A stretch of 63,595 bases of DNA, counting the filler. It is 8 parts of 8 records of this genome, joined end to end, with 100 filler letters (N's around TTAATTAATTAA, not from the genome) between each part and the next. Parts side by side here need not be neighbours in the genome. Positions count along the whole stretch, not along the records: positions 5,916 to 16,026 come from SRR20825010_6785; positions 16,127 to 27,421 come from SRR20825010_6788; 6 more parts are not named here. One strand, 5' to 3'. This document shows positions 9,648 through 18,206 of this stretch, piece after piece. Position numbers and translations under genes: made by a program. A model generated the notes under the pieces. It was not told the origin of the DNA. It did not search any database and saw nothing but the letters and a program-made list of their open reading frames with translations. The first letter of the stretch is position 1, and every line of letters begins with the position of its first letter.

Positions 9648-11750
9648 TTATTTACCTATTTGCTTTCTTAAATAATATTCATAAGTTTCAAACTGCGATC
9701 TATATTTAGCTCCTTTAGTCTTTCTATAGGCATTATCATGCCTTTCTGATAAAACTCTTGCTTTTACATTGTCCTTCCAACATATTTCAAAAGTATCTAA
9801 TAATTCTTTTTTGATATCTTCATCATAAATTGGACAACCAACTTCTACTCTAAAATCTAAATTTCGGGTCATCCAATCGGCGGAGGAAATATAAAACTTT
9901 GGATCGCCATCATTTCCAAAAATAAACAACCTAGGATGCTCTAAAAATCTATCCACTACACTAATAGCTTCTATATTTTCACTCATTCCTGGCACCCCTG
10001 GAATTAAACAACAAGTCCCTCTAACAATTAATTGAACTTTAACCCCATTCCTACTAGCCTCATATAGTTTATCAACCATTTTATAACTTGTAAAGCTGTT
10101 CATTTTAATTTTAATAAACGCTTCTTTTCCAGCTTTTGCATTTTCAATTTCTTTATCTATTAGTTTAGAAAATGCTCTTTTAGTGTAATGTGGAGAAACT
10201 ATTAAATGCTTGTATTTATTGATTTTATAGTTGGTTTGAAAGAAATCAAAAACCTTATCCAGTTCCTTTAAAACCCCTTGATCTGCGGTAAAAAGTGTAT
10301 AATCGGTATAAATTTTTGCAGTAGACTCGTTAAAATTTCCTGTACTTACAAAACCATATCGCACCATCTTTTCTTCTTCTAAACGCTCAATAAGACAAAT
10401 TTTACTGTGGACTTTTAATCCTTGAACTCCAAAAATAAGCTTTACCCCTTCCGATTGAAGCATTTCTGCATATTCTATATTTGCTTCTTCATCAAAACGC
10501 GCTTGCAACTCTATTTGTACAGTAACTTCTTTCCCATTTTTTACAGCATTAATTAAGGAACTTGCTACCTGAGAATTTCGAGCCAGACGGTATACCGTAA
10601 TCTTAATAGTTTTTACTTTCGGATCGATTGCAGCCTCTCGTAAAAACTTAATCACATTTGAAAAAGTATGATAAGGTGCGTATTGTAAATAATCTTTTTT
10701 AGCAATTGCTTCAAATAAACTCCCATCGTGAGTTAATCCTTTTACTGGTAATGGCGGGAACTTTTTATACATTAAATCAGGTCTTCCCAAACTCGGAAAC
10801 CCCATATAATCTCGTCTGTTATGGTATCTCCCCCCAGGAATAACACTATCGGTATCGTCTATTCCCATTTTATCTTTAAGGAACTTTAGCGTGTCTTTTT
10901 CAATATTTTTATCATAAACAAAGCGCACAGGTTCACTCAATCTACGCCCTTTTACGCTGGAAGAAATTTTTTCGATAAAACTTTTACTTAAGTCGCTGTC
11001 AATATCTAATTCCGCATCTAAAGTAATTTTAATCATATGAGCCGAAAGAGAATCGTAATTAAAGATGTTAAAAATACTTCCCATACAATAGCGAATCAAA
11101 TCATCTAAAATGATAATAAATTGCTTATCTCCCTTACTAGGAAGTACCACAAACCGGTCAATAGTTCTTGGAATTTCTACCAAAGCATATCTTACATCCT
11201 GATGTTTAGCCTTAAATAATCCTTTTACACCTTCCACTTTCTGATCCGTCTTCATGGACATTTTAACTGCTAAATACCCAGCACTATCTTTTAGATTTGG
11301 AATTTCATCCAAATCGTTAAGCATAATCGTTACAAGAGCTGGGCTAACTTTTTCATAAAAATAATTTTTTATAAAATCGTTTTGCTCAGGAGTTACTTCG
11401 TCTTCTTTTATCATAAAGATATTTTCAGACTCTAATTCTTTTTCAATATCACTTAAAATCCTAAGGCTTTCTGTTTGATGATTAATTACTATTTGGGTAA
11501 TATCTTCCATCAAATCTTTGGCTTTAGCACCTCCTAGCACACTTTTTCCCGTTTTTCCTGAAAGCGCAATCCGTTTTACAGTAGCATAGCGCACTTTGAA
11601 AAATTCATCTAAATTATTTGAAAAAATCCCCAGAAAACGAAGCCTTTCGATAAGTGGAACTGTTGTGTCTTCTGCTTCTTGTAATACTCTGGCATTAAAT
11701 TGAAGCCAGCTAATTTCTCTATTTATATATTGATTTTTTACTTCGTTCAT
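9648..11750 (-). CDS. ppk1: Polyphosphate kinase 1
   Basis: NREISWLQFNARVL, ELQARFDEEAN, LKVHSK, RFLEH and SADWMTRN. Confidence 0.97.
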   Translation of the reverse strand: MNEVKNQYINREISWLQFNARVLQEAEDTTVPLIERLRFLGIFSNNLDEFFKVRYATVKRIALSGKTGKSVLGGAKAKDLMEDITQIVINHQTESLRILSDIEKELESENIFMIKEDEVTPEQNDFIKNYFYEKVSPALVTIMLNDLDEIPNLKDSAGYLAVKMSMKTDQKVEGVKGLFKAKHQDVRYALVEIPRTIDRFVVLPSKGDKQFIIILDDLIRYCMGSIFNIFNYDSLSAHMIKITLDAELDIDSDLSKSFIEKISSSVKGRRLSEPVRFVYDKNIEKDTLKFLKDKMGIDDTDSVIPGGRYHNRRDYMGFPSLGRPDLMYKKFPPLPVKGLTHDGSLFEAIAKKDYLQYAPYHTFSNVIKFLREAAIDPKVKTIKITVYRLARNSQVASSLINAVKNGKEVTVQIELQARFDEEANIEYAEMLQSEGVKLIFGVQGLKVHSKICLIERLEEEKMVRYGFVSTGNFNESTAKIYTDYTLFTADQGVLKELDKVFDFFQTNYKINKYKHLIVSPHYTKRAFSKLIDKEIENAKAGKEAFIKIKMNSFTSYKMVDKLYEASRNGVKVQLIVRGTCCLIPGVPGMSENIEAISVVDRFLEHPRLFIFGNDGDPKFYISSADWMTRNLDFRVEVGCPIYDEDIKKELLDTFEICWKDNVKARVLSERHDNAYRKTKGAKYRSQFETYEYYLRKQIGK

Positions 11751-12236
11751 TTATTTAAGTTGCTTTGGAAAAATAATTAATTCTGTTGTGCCATACTCAA
11801 CATCTTGCCATCTTTCAATATCAAAATTTAATTTAACCACTCCAGATGTTGGAAGATTATCTATGGATTTATTTCCAAAGATATTAGAAATTGAGGTGAA
11901 TGCATGATTATGTCCAAAAATCATAACATTTTTATAGCTATTATCTAATTGTTTTATAAAATTACTCACGGAAGTACCTCCAAAATCATAAAGTTGCTCT
12001 GTAATTATAACTTTAGATACATCCAACTCTAATTTTCTCATAAAAATTAAACAGGTATGTAAAGCTCTATTTGCAGGACTTGAGAATACAGCATCAATAG
12101 CTTTAACCTTTTTTTTAAGATGATTAGAGACCAAAATGGCGTCATTAATCCCTCGTTCCATCAACGGGCGATCTTTATCATCAACACCATAATCCCAAGA
12201 AGATTTTCCGTGCCTAACAATATAAAGTTGCTTCAT
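11751..12236 (-). CDS. sixA: SixA-like histidine phosphatase
   Basis: RHGKS, DRPL, SSPANRA and GHN motifs. Confidence 0.85.
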   Translation of the reverse strand: MKQLYIVRHGKSSWDYGVDDKDRPLMERGINDAILVSNHLKKKVKAIDAVFSSPANRALHTCLIFMRKLELDVSKVIITEQLYDFGGTSVSNFIKQLDNSYKNVMIFGHNHAFTSISNIFGNKSIDNLPTSGVVKLNFDIERWQDVEYGTTELIIFPKQLK

Positions 12237-12525
12237 TATTTTAAAATTTAAACTTACTATTAAGGCTGTTTATTAGTAGCCAAAACAAACGCAGTTTACT
12301 ATGAAATGAAAATAATAAATCTTTTTATCATTTTAGTGCATTGCGAGCGCTTTCTTTCCTAATAAATGATTAAAAAAACACTACAGAATATACTAAAATA
12401 AAGGTAAGTGAAGACTTACTAATACTTACAAATTGTATTTAATTTGAAGCAACTGAACATAAAAATAATTACAAGTAGAAAAATAGATTTGATTTATTTA
12501 CACGAAATAATAGTGTGTAATTCTA

Positions 12526-13023
12526 TTATCTTTTAACGAAGATATGAGTATAAAAATAGTCTCCTTTTTTATTCTGCATAGCAGAAATCCCAGTTGTGGT
12601 ATAGTCTCCTTCAATATTTTCCCGGTGAGAATCACTCTTTATCCAAGCATCTACCACTCCTTTGGCAGTATGGTAACCATAGCCAACGTTTTCTCCTACC
12701 ATAACAGCATTAACACTTTTTCGTAAATTATATTCCCTATCAGCAAAATAATCATGATTAACTTCATTTTCAGAAATCATATACTCTGTATGCTCCTTTG
12801 CTTCCATTGATATTAAATTAAGCTTCTCTAAAGGAGATAGATTCTTACTCATTCGATATTCATTTATTAGATGGATAACGTCATCTTCAATTTTAACATA
12901 GAAAACTGAGTTTTCAGTGTTAAGTTCTTCAATTGTTGAAACATCTTCTGAACTACAAGAGTAGAAAGATGAGAAACAACAAACTAGCAGAGCAGTAACG
13001 AATATTCTTACTAAAGCATCCAT
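12526..13023 (-). CDS. CAP/SCP-domain lipoprotein
   Basis: Lipoprotein signal (YSCS), INEYR, GENVG and WIKSDSHRENI. Confidence 0.88.
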   Translation of the reverse strand: MDALVRIFVTALLVCCFSSFYSCSSEDVSTIEELNTENSVFYVKIEDDVIHLINEYRMSKNLSPLEKLNLISMEAKEHTEYMISENEVNHDYFADREYNLRKSVNAVMVGENVGYGYHTAKGVVDAWIKSDSHRENIEGDYTTTGISAMQNKKGDYFYTHIFVKR

Positions 13024-13082
13024 AATAGTGTGTATATGTGGTTTCTATAATACAAATTTATAGAAACAAAACCATATCATCT

Positions 13083-13113
13083 ATGAAATGCACAAATAAT
13101 CGATGAAATGCAC
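13083..13113. promoter_or_regulatory. 11-bp direct repeat upstream of the CAP gene promoter
   Basis: ATGAAATGCAC at 13083 and 13103; minus-strand TAAATTTG -7 element at 13053-13060. Confidence 0.5.
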
Positions 13114-13119
13114 TTTTTA

Positions 13120-13773
13120 TTAAGGATTCAATCTTTCAATTTTCCAATCATACTCATTTTGTATGATAAATCGGATTCTATCATGAAGTCTATTCGGTCT
13201 TCCTTGCCAGAATTCTATAGATACTGGTTTAATAATATACCCACCCCAATAATCTGGTCGCTGTATTTCTTTGTTTTCATAATATTCTTCTAAATCTTTA
13301 AGCTTTAATTCTAGTTCTTCACGAGAACTTAAAACTTCACTTTGATTTGAAACTATTGCTCCTAGCTGACTTCCTCTAGGACGCGATTCAAAATAACCGT
13401 CAGAAAGATTAGGAGCTATTTTCTCTGCTTTTCCTTTAATAATGACTTGTCTTTCAATATTGGGCCAAAAAAAAGAAGCACATAAATTGGGGTTTGCAGC
13501 AATAGCTTTTCCCTTTTCACTATTGTAATTAGTGTAAAATATAAATCCTTCCTCTGTATATTTTTTTAAAAGAACCACTCTATTTTTAGGAAAACCATCC
13601 AAACCAATTGTAGAAATTGTCATTGCATTTGCCTCATCCACTCCACCGCTTTTCTCAACTTCGTAAAACCAAGTTTGGAATAATTGAATAGGGTTATCGG
13701 GAATATTAGTCTCTAATAATTCGCTTTTTTGATATACTTTTCTATAATCGCTAAGATCCTTTTCACTTTTCAT
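13120..13773 (-). CDS. pdxH: Pyridoxamine 5'-phosphate oxidase
   Basis: RVVLLK, FYTNYNSEKG, YFESRPRGSQ and EFWQGRPNRLHDR; start moved to the MKSEKDL ATG to remove the overlap with rnz. Confidence 0.95.
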   Translation of the reverse strand: MKSEKDLSDYRKVYQKSELLETNIPDNPIQLFQTWFYEVEKSGGVDEANAMTISTIGLDGFPKNRVVLLKKYTEEGFIFYTNYNSEKGKAIAANPNLCASFFWPNIERQVIIKGKAEKIAPNLSDGYFESRPRGSQLGAIVSNQSEVLSSREELELKLKDLEEYYENKEIQRPDYWGGYIIKPVSIEFWQGRPNRLHDRIRFIIQNEYDWKIERLNP

Positions 13774-13819
13774 TGCACTACATTTTTCATTACTTAAAAG
13801 ATAGCTGCTTTCAGTTTTT

Positions 13820-14734
13820 TTAGAATAAAAACTCTTTACCATCTTCTGCAAGAGCTACTTTATCAAAAACCTGTTTTGCTTCTTCTTTAAATTCATTTAA
13901 ATCGTTATACCTTGTTGAGTAATGCCCCAAAATCAATCCCCCTACAGCTGCTTTTTTTGCAATAATTCCTGCCTGTTTTGCGGTAGAATGACCTGTTTCA
14001 AGGGCTAATTTTTCATGTTGCTCCAAAAAAGTAGACTCATGGTATAACATGGTTACCTCTTTAATTATCGGGACAATATCTTCCTTGTAAGAAGTATCAC
14101 TACAAAAGGCATAGCTCTTTGGCTTCTGAGGGTCCAAAGTAAGTTTATCATTAGCAACCACAGACCCATCATCTAAGGTAACATCTTTTCCTTTTTTTAT
14201 ATTCTGATAAAAACATTTATCAATATTATAATTTAATACGGCATTGACATCTAGCTTTCTATCTCCTAATTTTTCTTTAAACAAAAAGCCATTAGTATAC
14301 ACACGATGTTTTAAAGGAATTGTGAATACCTCAACTTTATCATCTTCAAAAATTAACTCAGAAGTATTAGCCTGTAATTCATGAAAAATCAATGGATAAT
14401 TAGTCCAAGCACTCCCTACTTTCAGCATTAAAGTTACCGCTTCCTTTATCCCTTTTGGTCCATAAACATGAAGCGGTGTATCCCTTCCAAGTAATCTAAA
14501 AGTAGACAATAAACCCGGAAGTCCGAAAAAATGATCTCCATGTAAATGAGAAATAAAAATATGCTTGATGCGGGCAAATTTAATCTTCTGCCTCCTTAAT
14601 TGCACTTGGGTACCTTCTCCACAATCTATCAGAAAAATATGGTTTTTTATTTCTAGTGCCTGCGCTGTAGGATTTGTAAAAGCCCTTGGTGTTGCGCTGT
14701 AACACCCTAATATGTGGAGTTTAAGATTGTTCAT
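13820..14734 (-). CDS. rnz: Ribonuclease Z
   Basis: DCGEGTQ, HLHGDH, HESTF, GHST and HYSTRY. Confidence 0.95.
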   Translation of the reverse strand: MNNLKLHILGCYSATPRAFTNPTAQALEIKNHIFLIDCGEGTQVQLRRQKIKFARIKHIFISHLHGDHFFGLPGLLSTFRLLGRDTPLHVYGPKGIKEAVTLMLKVGSAWTNYPLIFHELQANTSELIFEDDKVEVFTIPLKHRVYTNGFLFKEKLGDRKLDVNAVLNYNIDKCFYQNIKKGKDVTLDDGSVVANDKLTLDPQKPKSYAFCSDTSYKEDIVPIIKEVTMLYHESTFLEQHEKLALETGHSTAKQAGIIAKKAAVGGLILGHYSTRYNDLNEFKEEAKQVFDKVALAEDGKEFLF

Positions 14735-14764
14735 ACTATTTATAGAAGATTTACAACTGTTATC

Positions 14765-15097
14765 TTAAAAATCAAGATCACGTTCAATATCTTCCATTTC
14801 TATTACATCGTATGCTTCCTCCAATGTTGGTGTAACCACAAGCTCTTCATTTACATCATTAAAACTTACAGTATTGGTTACTATAACAAAGGATTTTTTT
14901 GCAGAACGATGATCTCGAGACAATTCTAGAAACTCCATTAAATCACTAGCTGAAAGATTACTTAATGAAAGTAAATTTAGTATTAAATGATCTTTTTTAT
15001 ATTTTGAATACGACTCTTTAAAGCGTTCTATAAACTTTCCAAGAGAAACACTCTCTTGAGTTATTACGGTAATATTCTCTTGTCTATCAATTATCAT
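14765..15097 (-). CDS. Small hypothetical protein between pyrB and rnz
   Basis: 110-aa co-oriented ORF with tight spacing, ending PTLEEAYDVIEMEDIERDLDF. Confidence 0.8.
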   Translation of the reverse strand: MIIDRQENITVITQESVSLGKFIERFKESYSKYKKDHLILNLLSLSNLSASDLMEFLELSRDHRSAKKSFVIVTNTVSFNDVNEELVVTPTLEEAYDVIEMEDIERDLDF

Positions 15098-15101
15098 AAT
15101 C

Positions 15102-16026
15102 CTACTGTTTTATTTTAGAAGCCAATAAATAAATTGCTGCCATTCTAACTGCTACTCCATTTTCCACTTGATTAAGGATAATAGCCTGTTTAGAATCTGC
15201 CACATCGCTGGTAATTTCTACACCGCGATTAATAGGTCCTGGATGCATTATTATAATTTCTTTATCTAAAGAATCTAACAACGCTTTATTAACTCCAAAT
15301 TGCTGCGTGTATTCTCTAGTTGACGGGAAATAACTAATATCCATACGCTCATTTTGCACTCGAAGCATATTAGCAACATCACACCATGCTAAGGCCTTAC
15401 GTAAATCGGTTTCTACTGCTACGCCTAAGGAAGTTATATATTTTGGAATCAATGTTTTGGGGCCGCAAACTTTTACATTTGCCCCTTGCAATTTTAGAGC
15501 AAAGATGTTTGACAATGCTACTCTAGAATGTAAAATATCTCCAACAATAACTACATTTTTTCCAGCAACATCTCCTAGTTTTTCTCTTATTGAATAGGAA
15601 TCTAAAAGTGCTTGCGTTGGATGCTCATGAGCTCCATCTCCTGCATTTATAATACTTGCCTTTACATTTTTAGAAAGAAATACCCCAGCGCCTGGATTTG
15701 GATGTCTCATTACAACCATATCCACTTTCATGGAAAGGATATTGTTTACGGTATCAATAAGCGTTTCTCCTTTTTTTACTGAAGATTGTGCCGCAGAAAA
15801 ATTGATAACATCCGCAGAAAGTCTTTTTTCTGCTAACTCAAAAGAAAGCTTTGTACGCGTACTATTTTCAAAAAATAAATTAGCAATGGTAATATCTCGA
15901 AGAGAAGGTACCTTTTTAATTGGTCTATTAATAACTTCTTTAAAATGATCTGCAGTTTCAAAAATCAATTGAATATCTGCTTCATTTAGATATTTAATTC
16001 CCAGTAAGTGGTTTACACTTAATTCG
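15102..16026 (-). CDS. pyrB: Aspartate carbamoyltransferase catalytic subunit (5' truncated)
   Basis: FFENSTRT, HEHPTQ, GDILHSRV and HPGP; frame open to the contig edge. Confidence 0.97.
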
Positions 16027-16126
16027 NNNNNNNNNNNNNNNNNNNNNNNNNNNNNNNNNNNNNNNNNNNNTTAATTAATTAANNNNNNNNNNNNNNNNNN
16101 NNNNNNNNNNNNNNNNNNNNNNNNNN

Positions 16127-16154
16127 CTGGGTCTGTTGGAAAAATGATTTTCAT
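16127..16154 (-). CDS. Possible N-terminus of a universal-stress-like protein (truncated)
   Basis: Reads MKIIFPTDP, similar to USP starts (MKxILxPTDFS); only 9 codons visible. Confidence 0.3.
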
Positions 16155-16719
16155 GGCTGTCGTAATTATTTTGTTTATTAAAACTAACCATGATTGCCTA
16201 GAAAGACAACCTAAGTTTCCTATACCTCTTGAAGCAGTAGTTCAAGTAAGCCAAATGTGTGTTGCAGCTCGGTTTTGTATCCCTAAATTTTTCCAATTTT
16301 TTCTTACAGATCGGCATAGAATACTGTTTTATACTAGTTAATTATCGAGGCATTTGTGTAGGGTTAAATCTTAACTTTCTTCTCAATTAGTAAACTCGAG
16401 AATTTTTAATTGGATTGATGAGGAGTTGATTTCCTTGGATTATTGTGCACCCAGGGGAGGTTTTCACCAATAAGAGTGGAGCCACACTGATGGAAACATT
16501 GCTTAGTATTCTGTCTAGGGAAGGCTTAAAGGATTAATTTTTCAATCGTTTGCTCATGCTGGTATAAACAGCAGGAAATATCTATCTCAGATTGTGGTCA
16601 GTTACCACAATTTTAATTCAAAATATTTCTGTAATGCTCTAAAATAGTGTATGATTTGGCTTGGCATCCTCCTTGGTAATTAGTTTCTACCACTAATGTT
16701 GACTTAAACTACTAAACCA

Positions 16720-17439
16720 ATGACACCTAATAGATCACACCAGCAGGAAATTGTTTTCAAAGGATATCAATCAGGTAGAATGATACCAGATCTTTTCTCC
16801 CTTAGCTCTACATCAAAAATCGCTATTTCCCAAACAATGAATCAGGGGATAGAAATAACTACAATTATTGCCAAAAGGGCTTTTGATATACTATTTTCGG
16901 CAACTGCTATTCTTGCAGGTTTACCTGTATTGATCGCAATTGCTCTGATTACTAAACTTACATCCCAGGGACCAGTATTTTACAGACAGGAGAGAATCGG
17001 TAGAAATGGTCAACCATTCCAAATTCTGAAATTCAGAAGTATGATTGTTGATTCTGAAGTGAATGGGCCACAGTTGACTACGGACAATGATCCTAGAATT
17101 ACCAAATGGGGTAATTTTATGAGGAAAACCCATTTGGATGAGCTTCCACAATTCTTCAATGTACTCATGGGTGATATGTCTGTAGTAGGGCCTCGTCCTG
17201 AGCGAGCGCATTTTATAAAGCAGATTGTGGCTAGGCAACCAAGATATATCCAATTGCTTACGCTACGTCCAGGGATTACATCTATTGGTCAAGTGGATTA
17301 TGGATATGCTGAGACCGTAGAAGAAATGTGTCAGCGGGTGAGGCTTGACCTGAAATACCTTACTCAGGTGAACTTGTTTACAGATCTAAAGATCATTGGC
17401 AATACAATAATGACCATGATCAACAAAAAAGGGAAATAG
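16720..17439 (+). CDS. Sugar transferase (initiating phosphoglycosyl transferase catalytic domain)
   Basis: KRAFD, KFRSM, DPRIT, LDELPQ, GDMSVVGPRP and PGIT. Confidence 0.93.
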   Translation: MTPNRSHQQEIVFKGYQSGRMIPDLFSLSSTSKIAISQTMNQGIEITTIIAKRAFDILFSATAILAGLPVLIAIALITKLTSQGPVFYRQERIGRNGQPFQILKFRSMIVDSEVNGPQLTTDNDPRITKWGNFMRKTHLDELPQFFNVLMGDMSVVGPRPERAHFIKQIVARQPRYIQLLTLRPGITSIGQVDYGYAETVEEMCQRVRLDLKYLTQVNLFTDLKIIGNTIMTMINKKGK

Positions 17440-18075
17440 TCAATTTCTCGGATTCCATCGAATCTCAGGATTTCCATTGCCCTAGAATTCCTAAACAATT
17501 CCGGTTGACTATCAAAAGTGTAATTGTCTCCAATAGGAATCGAGATGCTTGTATTAATTGGTATCATAATTAAGAATATAGTGATCATTACTTTGTAAGA
17601 AGTTCCTAAAAAATATTATAACAACTGATCAAAAGAGGACAATATCGTCGAAGAAATCATGCGAATAAATTATGATGTGCACGTGGTAGCCATTGTCAAT
17701 TTGCGGGGTAAAATCTAAACTTTTTTCATGAGTCGATTATCGCTTCACTTGCGGTTACATGATCTTTAATTTGCTGGTGCATGAGAGCTGCGGCAATGGA
17801 ACAGACTAACGTTTACCTCAAAGAAAGGAAGAGATTAACTGAGGTTTGATTGCTATTTTAATGTTTGAATAGGGAATAATTGTATGATTTTGCTGCTAGT
17901 CATCATCTAAAAAAGAACTGTTCACATTCAATTTATATTTGTTAGTACAAAATTCCTGTTCAATCATTTAGTTGTGACAGCGTGTACTATGGACTGGAAA
18001 CTATTTTTATTCAAGTTTCCTCAGTAATTCCTTGAATTAATTTCGAAAAGTCTTGTCGGGATAGCTACTATCACT

Positions 18076-18107
18076 TAGATTTGTTTTAATTTAAAATTAA
18101 TCTAAAT
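18076..18107 (+). promoter_or_regulatory. -7 promoter element followed by a 19-bp AT-rich palindrome (candidate iron-repressor operator)
   Basis: TAGATTTG at 18076-18083; ATTTAAAATTAATCTAAAT at 18089-18107 (7 of 9 arm positions complementary). Confidence 0.55.
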
Positions 18108-18141
18108 AACAATAAGGAAGAGTTACAGTCTAAAAAAAGAA

Positions 18142-18171
18142 GAAGCCACACGGCGGCAACCGTATGGCTTC
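18142..18171 (+). promoter_or_regulatory. GC-rich 5'-UTR hairpin
   Basis: GAAGCCA-c-ACGG-(CGGCAA)-CCGT-a-TGGCTTC, ending 35 nt before the ATG, with no U tract. Confidence 0.65.
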
Positions 18172-18206
18172 GGGTACTAAACTTTCTAATTTACCATTAC
18201 AAAGCG

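Noticed and set aside
13774-13851. Long N-terminal extensions on pdxH and likewise rpoB, lemA, pdxY, carbonic anhydrase, msrP and the cupin
   Set aside because: Longest-ORF artefacts; downstream starts fit family N-termini or RBS positions and remove overlaps.
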